48,847 nucleotides of DNA from Candidatus Saccharimonadales bacterium (GCA_035717985.1 DASTHW010000006.1:1-48847); one strand, 5' to 3'; counted from the first letter of the stretch, positions 24,845-33,745 are shown. The notes: generated from the letters alone by a model not told the origin. A program made the numbers and translations.

Positions 24845-25660
24845 ATGGATTTGGCGATTGATATAGGCGGCACCAAAACACTAATTGCCGTCTTTGACGG
24901 GAGCGGCCGCAAGATAGCTGAATATAAGTTTCCCACTAGTAAAAACTATGAGCAGTTCACCAAAGAACTAGACGCCGCCCTGAGCGCCAACTTTGCTAAT
25001 TACCAGATAAAGGCCGTTTGCTGTGCCGCCCCCGGCGAGTTAGACCGGAGCCGCGGCATAGGCGTAGTTTTCGGCAACCTGCCCTGGAAAAATGTACCCT
25101 TAAAGCAGGACCTGCAAAAGCTATTCCCCGGCGCGGCCGTTTTTATAGAAAATGACGCCAAACTGGCTGGGTTATCGGAAGCTGTATTACTCCAAAAAAA
25201 GTATAAAAAAGTACTTTATTTAACCATAAGCACTGGAATCGGTGATGGCATTATCATAGATGATAAAATCGACCCCGACTTCACTGACAGCGAGCCCGGC
25301 CAAATGGTGCTTGAATATAACGGCCAGCTACAAAAGTGGGAAGATTTTGCCTCCGGCAGGGCTTTGGTAAAGCGTTATGGCAAAAAAGCTAGCGAAATTG
25401 ATGATCCAGTTATATGGGAGGCCTACGCTAAGGGCATAGCCCGTGGCTTAAATGAACTTTTAGCTATTCTGCAACCGGATGTAGTAGTCATTGGTGGCGG
25501 TGTAGGCACGCATTTTGATAAATTTAGTAGTTATTTGCTGGCCGAACTGGCCAAGATGGAAAACGACATGGTAAAAACGCCGCCGATAATTAAGGCCCAG
25601 CGGCCTGAGGAGGCAGTAATCTATGGGTGTTATGAGCTCATCAGGCAAACCCAGCAGTAG
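24845..25660 (+). CDS. ROK family sugar kinase
   Basis: AIDIGGTK, NLPW, IENDAKLAGLSEA, LTISTGIGDG, VIGGGV. ATG at 24845 with TATACT 6 nt upstream. Lacks the Cys-rich zinc motif. Confidence 0.92.
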   Translation: MDLAIDIGGTKTLIAVFDGSGRKIAEYKFPTSKNYEQFTKELDAALSANFANYQIKAVCCAAPGELDRSRGIGVVFGNLPWKNVPLKQDLQKLFPGAAVFIENDAKLAGLSEAVLLQKKYKKVLYLTISTGIGDGIIIDDKIDPDFTDSEPGQMVLEYNGQLQKWEDFASGRALVKRYGKKASEIDDPVIWEAYAKGIARGLNELLAILQPDVVVIGGGVGTHFDKFSSYLLAELAKMENDMVKTPPIIKAQRPEEAVIYGCYELIRQTQQ

Positions 25661-26150
25661 TTCCCCCGCCAAGAAAACAAATAAATCTAAGGCTCAGCCC
25701 GACCAGCTGATAGCCCGTTTAAGCCAAGATTACCCTCAATTTAAGTTCCGGCCAGGCAAAAGTGCTCACTGGTCGCCCCGATTTAAGGCTATTTTCTATA
25801 ACCAGTCTGGTGAGGCCCACCAGCGTCACTGCGGCATCTTGCACGAACTCGCCCACGCTATTTTGGGCCACGCCAGCTATGGCGGCGATTTTGAGCTAAT
25901 TAAACTAGAAAGCGAAGCCTGGGTACTGGCCGCCAAGCTGGGCAAAAAATACGGGATTGCTATCAGTGACGACTATATTCAAAACTGCCTTGATACTTAC
26001 CGCGACTGGCTACATCGGCGCAGTACCTGCCCCGCTTGCGGAACTCATGTATTACAGAAAAGTACCGAAAATTATCAATGCTATAATTGCCAGACTAGCT
26101 GGCACGTTACCAGTGGCCGCTTCGCCCGACCCTACCGCCGCCAGGCCTGA
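25623..26150 (+). CDS. HExxH metallopeptidase (ImmA/IrrE-like) with C-terminal zinc ribbon
   Basis: ILHELAHAILGH, downstream ESEAW, CPACG...CYNC; start uncertain. Confidence 0.8.
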   Translation: MGVMSSSGKPSSSSPAKKTNKSKAQPDQLIARLSQDYPQFKFRPGKSAHWSPRFKAIFYNQSGEAHQRHCGILHELAHAILGHASYGGDFELIKLESEAWVLAAKLGKKYGIAISDDYIQNCLDTYRDWLHRRSTCPACGTHVLQKSTENYQCYNCQTSWHVTSGRFARPYRRQA

Positions 26151-26176
26151 CTAATCAGTCCCGGAAGACCGAAACA

Positions 26177-29100
26177 CTAATGAACCCTGATTGGATGGAC
26201 TCTTAGGCGTAGATACGAAACTTGGCCGCCGCTTACATTCGCATAACGCGTTTGAACTTTAACAATATCGTTAATTAAGGCGCCCGTACATCTCTTACTT
26301 GTCGTGCCCGTTATTTGAATAATGCCTGATGGGGTTGAGTATGCCTGAATACCGTCGGAATCTTGTGTAGCAGAAGACCCACACTCAATGGCCACAATGT
26401 CTTGGGAGTTTGAACCTCCAGGATTTTGGACTGTTGCGTTAAGCGTAATATCATAATCACCCGCCAGAGGTAAGGTAATAGATACATTGTTGGCCGGGTC
26501 AGCATAAGTAGTACTAGTAATGGTTGAGGCGGTATCATTTACAGATAGTAAGTCATCGCCGCCTAAATACTCCCAGTAGCCGCTAGTCGAGTTATAGCGC
26601 AAATGCCAGACAATGCCATTCGTGGCATCGGCTACAAAGTAATATTCTTGGCCGTTTACCGGGCTCGCCGGCAGGCTGGTGCCATACATACTTGTACTGC
26701 TAGTAATCAAGGAGCCCGAACTTATAGTCAAATTCCCAGCTACATTTAAAGCTCCGTTGATAGTTATAGTCATGCCGGAGGTATCCACCGTTAGCAGACT
26801 GGTACCGGCGGCGTTCTGCACCTGGAAGGCAGACGCAGAATCTACGGCATTGCGGAAGGAGGTATCACCGTTTTGCGTCAATTGCTGGCCGGAATATATA
26901 GTGTTTGTGCCTGTGTCGCTGATAGACGCAGAGTTGGTACCGTCACCGACGAAGTGATTAGAAGCTAGATAATTATTGGTACCAGCGGCCACATTAATCG
27001 CATAGCAAGTAGTAGTACAGGAGCTATCAGTAATATCGTTGTCAACAATCGAGTTTTGATTAACCCCAGCCCATATGTAAATTCCATTGTTAGCCGCTAC
27101 ACCACCACTATCGTAAATCTTATTAGACGAAATTATGTTCGAGCTGGCTGAAATATTAATCCCATAATTGGTACTGTTCGAGATAGTATTACCACTTATA
27201 GTATTGTTTGTAGAGCTGGCGCCAGAAACACGGACGCCATTATAATTCCCCTGGCTAGTGTTACCAGTTACTGTATTGCCCGCCGAATTATTCATATAAA
27301 TACCCTCTAAACTATTTCCCTGAACAGTGTTGGCTGACACATTATTATTGTTAGCCAGATAAATGAATACTCCCTCGGTGCCATTGCCCTGCACAGTATT
27401 ACCTGTAATTGTATTGTTAGAAGAAGTGTTATAGATGTAAATGCCCGGCCCGGCATCGGACTCGATAGTACTGCCACTGATAATGTTGTTTGAAGAACTA
27501 AATAGTTCAATGCCGTAACCGCTACTACCATATAGGTTTCTTACCTGCGTGTTGGCGATCTTGCCGCCAGACCGGGCACTACTACCCGAGCCGGAGCCCA
27601 CTTTATTAAAGTAAATTCCGGTCATACTGCCAGCTGTCTGATTCGCCTTATTCCCGTCTACTAGCAGGTTCTGGATAGTGACATTGGTACCCGTAGTCGT
27701 ATCTGAGTTAGTGATCATGCTATAGGTACCGTTCTGGGCATTGGGGATAGTGATGATAGTGCTGGTTCCAGCACCGGATAGGGTAGTGTTATCTGGAACA
27801 TTAATGGAACCACTTATGGTATAGGTACCCTCCATAAGGTAGACACTACAGCCGGTGGTAGTACAAGGAGTTGAGGTAAAGAAGGAGTTGATGGTAGTTT
27901 GGTCGGCACTGCCACTGGCTACTGCGTCGGCCGCATCCTTCTCGGCTTGGGTGGAATTAGAGGCGGCTACTATGAAGGTATTGCTCTTAGAGGGAGCTTG
28001 CCACTTAGAGCCGTTATATTGAACCAGCTGGTTAGTAGAAGTGTCATAGAATAGAGTGCCTTTGGTGGGAGTAGCTGGGCGGCTTACCGTAACACCGCCT
28101 GTAAAGGTAATGGTGGATGGGTTAGTGGCATTACCTATGGTTATATTGCCGTTACCAGTAGCGTCTATAGCTAGGAGGTTACTGCCGCCTGAATTTTGTA
28201 CCTGGAGTATTTTAGATGAGTTATTAAACGTCTTTAGAGTAAGTCCGCTATTCACTAACTGCATATTGGTGTTACCTGCCTGAATATTAATATATGTACT
28301 AGGGCTACTAGAGCCTCCAGTGGCACCGGTGCCACCTATGTACACAGTTTGTGCCGCGCCATTGTTATTGGCAATATTAACAGTGGTAGATAACCCCAGA
28401 CTGCCCAAGTGTCCAATATTGACTTCGGTGTCTGTGGTATCGACGGTGAAGAGACTGAATCCTCCTGAGTTCTGGACCTGGAAAGAAGTGGTGGAGTTGG
28501 TTGTGGTTTGTATAGCAGTATCCCCCGCCACCGATAAATTGCCACCAATGCCTACACCTTGAGCAAAGTTGGCCTGCCCCTGAACCTGAAAACCGCCTAC
28601 GGCAGTAATGTTACCGGCGGTAATTGAACCACCCGTACTACCCTGCCCAATTCCGCCGGCATCTGCTGTGGTACCGCCCTGTAGGCCTACAAGGTCAAGG
28701 TTAGCGCCAACCTGTACTCGCGAGGTTGATGCGTAATAAACCTTATTACCAGCCCCGCCTAATATGTATACGTAACCATTAGCTAGGGTAGCAGTATCTG
28801 AGGCGCTCGTAATAGGAGCATTATTTATATTTGTCTGCCAGGCGCCGGTGGAGCCGTCAGCATCAAGCTTGGCATAGTAGATAGTTTGCACAGTCCCACT
28901 GCCGAGAATATAGATATACCCGTTTGAGGTGACCACTGCCGTTCCCTGCATGCCAACCGGCAGGGGGTTAGTGCTAGTAGTCCAGCCGCTTAGGCTACCG
29001 TCAGAGTTAAATTTGGCATAATAAACTGTTGAATCGGGTGCAGAGCTACCTATTACATATATATATCCATTGGCCGTTGCCGTATATCCCCAGTACCGGG

Positions 29101-32100
29101 CGGTTGGCAAAGAGCTCGTGGTACCCCACGCCCCTAGAGTTCCGTCGCTATTAAGCTTGGCATAATATGAAGTTAAAAATGCGGAACCATTAAAGCCACC
29201 TATTACGTACACGTAGCCGTTGTTTGAAGTTGAGTATGCATACCCCCTGCTCCCCGGAAGTGAACTGGTAGTTCGCCATACCCCAGTGGAACCGTCAGCA
29301 TTGAGCTTAGAGTAGTAAACGGTAGCTACGTAACTAGACCCATTAATGCCGCCTATTACATACAAATACCCATTGGCGGTTATCGAAGAGGCGGCCGATA
29401 TCCCAGTAGGCAGAGTATTTGGGCTAGTTTGCCAGGCGCCGGTGGAGCCGTCAGCATTAAGCTTGGCATAATATATGTTAGCGCTACCTGGACTACATGA
29501 TGGAGTGCACCCTCCTATAGCATAGATGTACCCGTTTGCTACTACTGTGGTCTGACTAGTCAAGATCGAAGGAAGATTATTAGAGCTCATTATCCATTGG
29601 CCAAGTTGACCACTGGTATTGCCATCTAGGGTAATTATTGAATTGCTCGAATCAACTTTAATTAAGCTACCGCCGCTGGCATTTTGCACCTGGAAGGCAG
29701 TTGTATTATCCGTAGCCGGCTTGAAGAGTGTCTGGCTAGAGTAGGCTGTAAAATTACCAGTTGTATTAACGGTTGGCGAACTACCGGAGCCCACCAGTCC
29801 AGTGTCGTTAAAGTAGCCCCCGTAAGCTGTGCCGATTAAGCCCGTGGTACTAGGAGTACCGGCGCTTGCTGTTCTATATACTTTGTAGGCCACTGCTCCG
29901 CTAACAGCTGGCCAAGTTAATTGGTTATAGTTATTGGTATCTAGGGTAGCATTGCCGGTAGAGGTAGAACCTATAGCTGAAGCTGTCGCCTCGCCCCCGC
30001 TGGCGCTGATGGCCGTAACGCTATATGAGTAGTTAGTAGAACCTGCTGTGCCTTGCTGAGTAATAGTAGGCGCACCCGGACTGCTAAGAGAATTAATACT
30101 TACTCCGCCCAAGAGAGCCCCGGCTAATGATGTAGTACCTTGGACAAAAAGATTACCGCTGGTAGCCAGACTGCCTGATATTTGAGCACTTTGTCCTACT
30201 TGCAGTCCGCCAGAGATAGAGGCGCCACCGGCAAAGCTTGCATTGCTAACTACATTAAGAGTACCGATTTCCGCCCCGCCAGCTTCCAGCTGTTGGGAAT
30301 AGGTGCCGCCAAGATCAAAGACTTGGAGCTTGTTGGAAGCTTCATTATCAATATAAGCATAGCGGCCGTTTATCGTAGCTTTGATGGGTTGATTTAGAGT
30401 AGCCACCCCACCGCCTGATACATCGACCGGGGTTGAGGGGTTGGATATGTCAAAGACCTGGAGCTTGCCTGGCATCGTAAAGCCCACCACATAGGCATAC
30501 TGGCCTTGGACGCTAATGCCATTGGGGTTTGATACTGTAGCTACTCCGCCGGCAGTCACATCAACTGGTAAAGCAGGATTAGATATATCAAAAACTTGGA
30601 GCATACCCGGTGATGAGCTAATCAAATATGCGTAGCGACCAATAACATATACATCGGCAGGAGAGGTATCTGTGGCTACGCCACCGCCTGATACATCGAC
30701 CGGGACTGAGGGGTTGGATATGTCAAAGACCTGGAGCTTATTATCAAAGGTTGCTGGTAGGTAAAGATACCTGCCTGAAATAAACATTCTTTCGGGACCG
30801 CTAGCAGTATTAACTACAGATACAGCGGTAGGATGAGATGGGTTAGATACATCAAAGACTTGGAGTTGATTATTACCAAAAATATCCACATAGGCATAAT
30901 GGCCGGATACTATTACGCTTACCGGGTGACCCCGTAAAGAGACCCCCCCAGCGGTTATGTCTATAGGGGCTGAGGGGTTGGATATGTCAAAGACCTGGAG
31001 TGTACTATTAGTGCTATAAGTAACAACGTATGCGTAATGGCTCTGCACATAAACATCAAAGGGTCCACTATTTGTAGCTACCCCACCGCCTGATACATCG
31101 ACCGGGGTTGAGGGGTTGGATATGTCAAAGACCTGGAGCTTGTTAGAGAGTTGGCTCACTACATATGCATAATGTCCCTGAATAGCTATTTCCATAGGGT
31201 CGCCGCCAGTGGTCACACCCCCTCCCGAGACATTTTTGGGGAGGCTACCGCCTACAAAAAGCTGGCCAGTGGCTGTACCTAGACCTCCAATATTAACTCT
31301 TTGATCTGTAGTATCTACCGCTAAGACATTAGCGCCCCCGGCACTCTGAACCTGGAAGGCGGTTGTGGAATCAGAGTCGTTCTTAAATAAAGCGGCGCCG
31401 GAGTTGGCCACCGAGGCCACTACGTTGCCCGTATCCCCATTAACTAGCTGTAGTAAAGAAGCGCTTTGTCCGGAGGCGCCGCGGATTAAAGCCACTATGT
31501 CGTTGGGGTTGGCGCTTTGGATAGCGTAGTTGGCTGTCTGCAGAGTTGTGCCGTTTTGAATATAGTCACCAGAGCCGGAGGCCGTAGTACATCCGGTAGA
31601 ATTACACACTAGATTTCCGCCTACATATAGACCGGTTGTGCTGTTGATGTCCCCACCCACGTCTAATGTATAGCTGGCCGTAGGCTGGGCAATGGCTATA
31701 CGGGCATTTACGGTGTCAGCTTCAAACAGGTGGCTAGTGCCATTGGCATTTTGAATCTGGAAAGCAGTGGTTGAGTCCGTTGCACTCTGAAAAGTGTTAG
31801 AGCCGGTAAAGATTTGGTTGGCGTTAAGCTTGGCGATATTGCTGGAGTCAGATAGCTGGCTCGATGAATAAGTGCAGTTACCGCTGGCGTCGCAAACCTG
31901 GCTACCGTTCTGAAAGATAGTTGAACTATTTATGGAGGCAAAACTGTTACTGCCAGTAAAGTTATTGTTTTTATTCAAAAAGGCTACGGCGGCCGGTAGA
32001 CGGTTAACGTCCAGCACGCCGCTAGATAGGTTTCCGGCATTGGTATAAAATCCGCCACTCTGGCCGTTTAGCGCCACAGCGTTAACATTGATTAAAGAAG

Positions 32101-32893
32101 AGCCGTTACCGGCAAATTTGTTTTGCAGATTGTTGAATTGATTAGCGCCGCTAAAGGTTTGATTACCCGTAAGCGAGGCAGAGCCCGTACCAGCTTTGGC
32201 TATACAGCCGGAGGTATCACAGATCAGTACTGAGTTAATTTTAAGCCCGCTATTACTGAGCGAGGACGTACCACCGTCAGCTAATAGCTGGCCGGTAGAA
32301 GAGATATCTCCACCTACCTGGAGGACGGCACCATTTGCCTGTGGCGCGGTGCCCACTCCTATTTTTTGATTAGCCGTATCGGCTACCAGCAATTGCTTGC
32401 CGCTAGCGTTTTGAATCATAAAAGCGTTCTGCGAATCGGCTTCGTTTTGGATGGCCACCTGGCCAGTAGCGGTCAGGCTTTTACCGCCAGTGATAGTAGT
32501 GTCTCGGTTTAAGTTTATTTTGCTAATTGACGGCGAGGTGCTCATGATGTTTTGAGCTATCAAGTCCTGAGATTTGGCTACCTGGTTATTCTGGGCATTT
32601 TGGTGATTAGTAGTAACCATTAGCCAGCCGAAGGCTATAGCCAACAAGCCTATAAGCGCGCCGGCCGATATCCAAAAATTCCTGGTTTTAAAAATGATAG
32701 CCGGCGGCGCCTGCGGCGCCTGGATAACAATGGTTTTGGGTGACTGGCCGGAGCTTAAATTCTCCTCGGTGCTGGCAGAGATTTGGCTAGCTGGAGCTGT
32801 TTTTTGGCTAGCCTCATAAAACCCGTAAGCCGGCCTAGACTCCGCCGCCTGGCTGATAGGATTTTTAAAGTCGATTTTGCCTTTATCGTCCAT
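26177..32893 (-). CDS. Giant membrane-anchored multidomain surface protein (~2238 aa): shaft repeats, 7-blade LVIVD propeller, Fn3-like domain, 6-blade Kelch-like propeller, right-handed beta-helix
   Basis: ATG at 32893 with AAGGAGG SD at 7 nt; TM helix FWISAGALIGLLAIAFGWLMV; 7 'YAY...LQVFDISNP' repeats; 6 'NGYxYxxG' repeats; NosD-like 'NNTITGNTVQGN'; 7 'DSTTAFQVQN' shaft units. Confidence 0.92.
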   Translation of the reverse strand: MDDKGKIDFKNPISQAAESRPAYGFYEASQKTAPASQISASTEENLSSGQSPKTIVIQAPQAPPAIIFKTRNFWISAGALIGLLAIAFGWLMVTTNHQNAQNNQVAKSQDLIAQNIMSTSPSISKINLNRDTTITGGKSLTATGQVAIQNEADSQNAFMIQNASGKQLLVADTANQKIGVGTAPQANGAVLQVGGDISSTGQLLADGGTSSLSNSGLKINSVLICDTSGCIAKAGTGSASLTGNQTFSGANQFNNLQNKFAGNGSSLINVNAVALNGQSGGFYTNAGNLSSGVLDVNRLPAAVAFLNKNNNFTGSNSFASINSSTIFQNGSQVCDASGNCTYSSSQLSDSSNIAKLNANQIFTGSNTFQSATDSTTAFQIQNANGTSHLFEADTVNARIAIAQPTASYTLDVGGDINSTTGLYVGGNLVCNSTGCTTASGSGDYIQNGTTLQTANYAIQSANPNDIVALIRGASGQSASLLQLVNGDTGNVVASVANSGAALFKNDSDSTTAFQVQSAGGANVLAVDTTDQRVNIGGLGTATGQLFVGGSLPKNVSGGGVTTGGDPMEIAIQGHYAYVVSQLSNKLQVFDISNPSTPVDVSGGGVATNSGPFDVYVQSHYAYVVTYSTNSTLQVFDISNPSAPIDITAGGVSLRGHPVSVIVSGHYAYVDIFGNNQLQVFDVSNPSHPTAVSVVNTASGPERMFISGRYLYLPATFDNKLQVFDISNPSVPVDVSGGGVATDTSPADVYVIGRYAYLISSSPGMLQVFDISNPALPVDVTAGGVATVSNPNGISVQGQYAYVVGFTMPGKLQVFDISNPSTPVDVSGGGVATLNQPIKATINGRYAYIDNEASNKLQVFDLGGTYSQQLEAGGAEIGTLNVVSNASFAGGASISGGLQVGQSAQISGSLATSGNLFVQGTTSLAGALLGGVSINSLSSPGAPTITQQGTAGSTNYSYSVTAISASGGEATASAIGSTSTGNATLDTNNYNQLTWPAVSGAVAYKVYRTASAGTPSTTGLIGTAYGGYFNDTGLVGSGSSPTVNTTGNFTAYSSQTLFKPATDNTTAFQVQNASGGSLIKVDSSNSIITLDGNTSGQLGQWIMSSNNLPSILTSQTTVVANGYIYAIGGCTPSCSPGSANIYYAKLNADGSTGAWQTSPNTLPTGISAASSITANGYLYVIGGINGSSYVATVYYSKLNADGSTGVWRTTSSLPGSRGYAYSTSNNGYVYVIGGFNGSAFLTSYYAKLNSDGTLGAWGTTSSLPTARYWGYTATANGYIYVIGSSAPDSTVYYAKFNSDGSLSGWTTSTNPLPVGMQGTAVVTSNGYIYILGSGTVQTIYYAKLDADGSTGAWQTNINNAPITSASDTATLANGYVYILGGAGNKVYYASTSRVQVGANLDLVGLQGGTTADAGGIGQGSTGGSITAGNITAVGGFQVQGQANFAQGVGIGGNLSVAGDTAIQTTTNSTTSFQVQNSGGFSLFTVDTTDTEVNIGHLGSLGLSTTVNIANNNGAAQTVYIGGTGATGGSSSPSTYINIQAGNTNMQLVNSGLTLKTFNNSSKILQVQNSGGSNLLAIDATGNGNITIGNATNPSTITFTGGVTVSRPATPTKGTLFYDTSTNQLVQYNGSKWQAPSKSNTFIVAASNSTQAEKDAADAVASGSADQTTINSFFTSTPCTTTGCSVYLMEGTYTISGSINVPDNTTLSGAGTSTIITIPNAQNGTYSMITNSDTTTGTNVTIQNLLVDGNKANQTAGSMTGIYFNKVGSGSGSSARSGGKIANTQVRNLYGSSGYGIELFSSSNNIISGSTIESDAGPGIYIYNTSSNNTITGNTVQGNGTEGVFIYLANNNNVSANTVQGNSLEGIYMNNSAGNTVTGNTSQGNYNGVRVSGASSTNNTISGNTISNSTNYGINISASSNIISSNKIYDSGGVAANNGIYIWAGVNQNSIVDNDITDSSCTTTCYAINVAAGTNNYLASNHFVGDGTNSASISDTGTNTIYSGQQLTQNGDTSFRNAVDSASAFQVQNAAGTSLLTVDTSGMTITINGALNVAGNLTISSGSLITSSTSMYGTSLPASPVNGQEYYFVADATNGIVWHLRYNSTSGYWEYLGGDDLLSVNDTASTITSTTYADPANNVSITLPLAGDYDITLNATVQNPGGSNSQDIVAIECGSSATQDSDGIQAYSTPSGIIQITGTTSKRCTGALINDIVKVQTRYANVSGGQVSYLRLRVHPIRVH
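30405..31142. repeat. Identical 63-bp direct repeats in LVIVD blades (30405-30467 and 31080-31142)
   Basis: accccaccgcctgatacatcgaccggggttgaggggttggatatgtcaaagacctggagcttg at both sites; further partial copies near 30685 and 30975. Confidence 0.9.
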
Positions 32894-33101
32894 GGCGGGC
32901 CCTCCTTGATGAGAGGTGTTGTGTGCCATAGCTAACCGCACCGCTGGTCCAGTCAGAAGAGTCTAAATCAATACCGGCCAGGTAAGATTCCCTGGCCCGC
33001 TGAAACCGCTTTCGGCACCGCGGCGAACAAGTTTTGGCGTCTTTTCGTGCTGTAAAAACACGCTGACAGCCCAGGCAGATTTTAGCCTTACTACGGGACA
33101 T
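32883..33101 (-). CDS. Small zinc-finger-like protein (72 aa)
   Basis: ICLGCQRVFTARKDAKTCSPRCRKRFQR (CxxC...CxxxC, basic); A-rich region before the ATG; stop overlaps the giant gene start by 11 nt. Confidence 0.65.
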   Translation of the reverse strand: MSRSKAKICLGCQRVFTARKDAKTCSPRCRKRFQRARESYLAGIDLDSSDWTSGAVSYGTQHLSSRRARHGR

Positions 33102-33146
33102 TTTGTTTTGGTTTTTATCTTTGGTAAGACAAACTTAAGTATTATG

Positions 33147-33187
33147 AAAACTGTGACCGCTGTCAAGGGATAAAACTGTGACGGCTA
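33147..33187. repeat. Direct repeat AAAACTGTGAC x2 flanking a TTGACA -35
   Basis: aaaactgtgaccgctg (33147) and aaaactgtgacggcta (33172); minus-strand TTGACA at 33161-33166. Confidence 0.7.
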
Positions 33188-33283
33188 AAGAGATAAAGAG
33201 CAAAACATAGTGCTCAAAATTCATTTAACTAGCCATATATTGCTAGTTAAATACTGCCTTTAACAGATTAGCTTGATTACTAA

Positions 33284-33313
33284 TAAATAAAGCCTCCAAG
33301 CGGAGGCCTTATT
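33284..33313 (-). terminator. Intrinsic terminator after the KGG gene
   Basis: Minus strand GCCTCC-GCTT-GGAGGC followed by TTTATTT. Confidence 0.75.
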
Positions 33314-33334
33314 TCTTCTGCCGTTAAGCTTAAC

Positions 33335-33532
33335 TTAGGCAGTTTTCTTGGTGCGCCGAGAGATACGGCCGCCAACGGCGCCAGCTTTGCGGGCTAGGTC
33401 GCGGTTAGCGTAAAAACCACCGGTGTGGCCCATCTTGCCGCCCATCTGGCCAATCTTGGCGTAAAAATCTTTACCGTACTTGCTCTTGTTGGTGGCGGCG
33501 GCTTTCTGGCCGCCATTTTTTGTTCCAGCCAT
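33335..33532 (-). CDS. KGG-repeat general stress / LEA-like small protein (65 aa)
   Basis: MAGTKNGGQKAAATNKSKYGKDFYAKIGQMGGKMG..GGF..NRDLARKAGAVGG; AAGGAG SD 7 nt before the ATG at 33532 (the ORF-track start at 33637 is too far upstream). Confidence 0.88.
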   Translation of the reverse strand: MAGTKNGGQKAAATNKSKYGKDFYAKIGQMGGKMGHTGGFYANRDLARKAGAVGGRISRRTKKTA

Positions 33533-33639
33533 GTTAATTCTCCTTATCAGCCACCAAAGATATTTCGGTAGGCTATTTAATGATATTTCCACCCCTTGCC
33601 TGCCTAACTTTGCAAAAGTTTTGGCGGGTGATGGCAAAC

Positions 33640-33660
33640 AAAAAAGGGCTTCTGCCCTCT
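33640..33660 (-). terminator. Intrinsic terminator between the giant-protein operon and the KGG gene
   Basis: Minus strand AGAGGGC-AGAA-GCCCTTTTTT. Confidence 0.7.
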
Positions 33661-33685
33661 AGTTTTTGCTCACCAAACTACGCTT

Positions 33686-33714
33686 ATGGTATCACCTCAA
33701 CACGCTAGTGTCAA
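33686..33714 (-). promoter_or_regulatory. Near-consensus sigma70 promoter
   Basis: TTGACA (33709-33714), 17 bp, TACCAT (33686-33691). Confidence 0.65.
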
Positions 33715-33745
33715 TCTATATTATTACAAACCTTAAGCGTCATAC

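Noticed and set aside
33533-33637. N-terminal extension of the KGG protein in the ORF track
   Set aside because: A strong SD precedes ATG 33532, and the extension runs through hairpins and is unlike KGG proteins.
33637-33680. preQ1-I riboswitch (AAAAACUAG tail)
   Set aside because: The required 5' stem-loop before the A-rich tail is absent.
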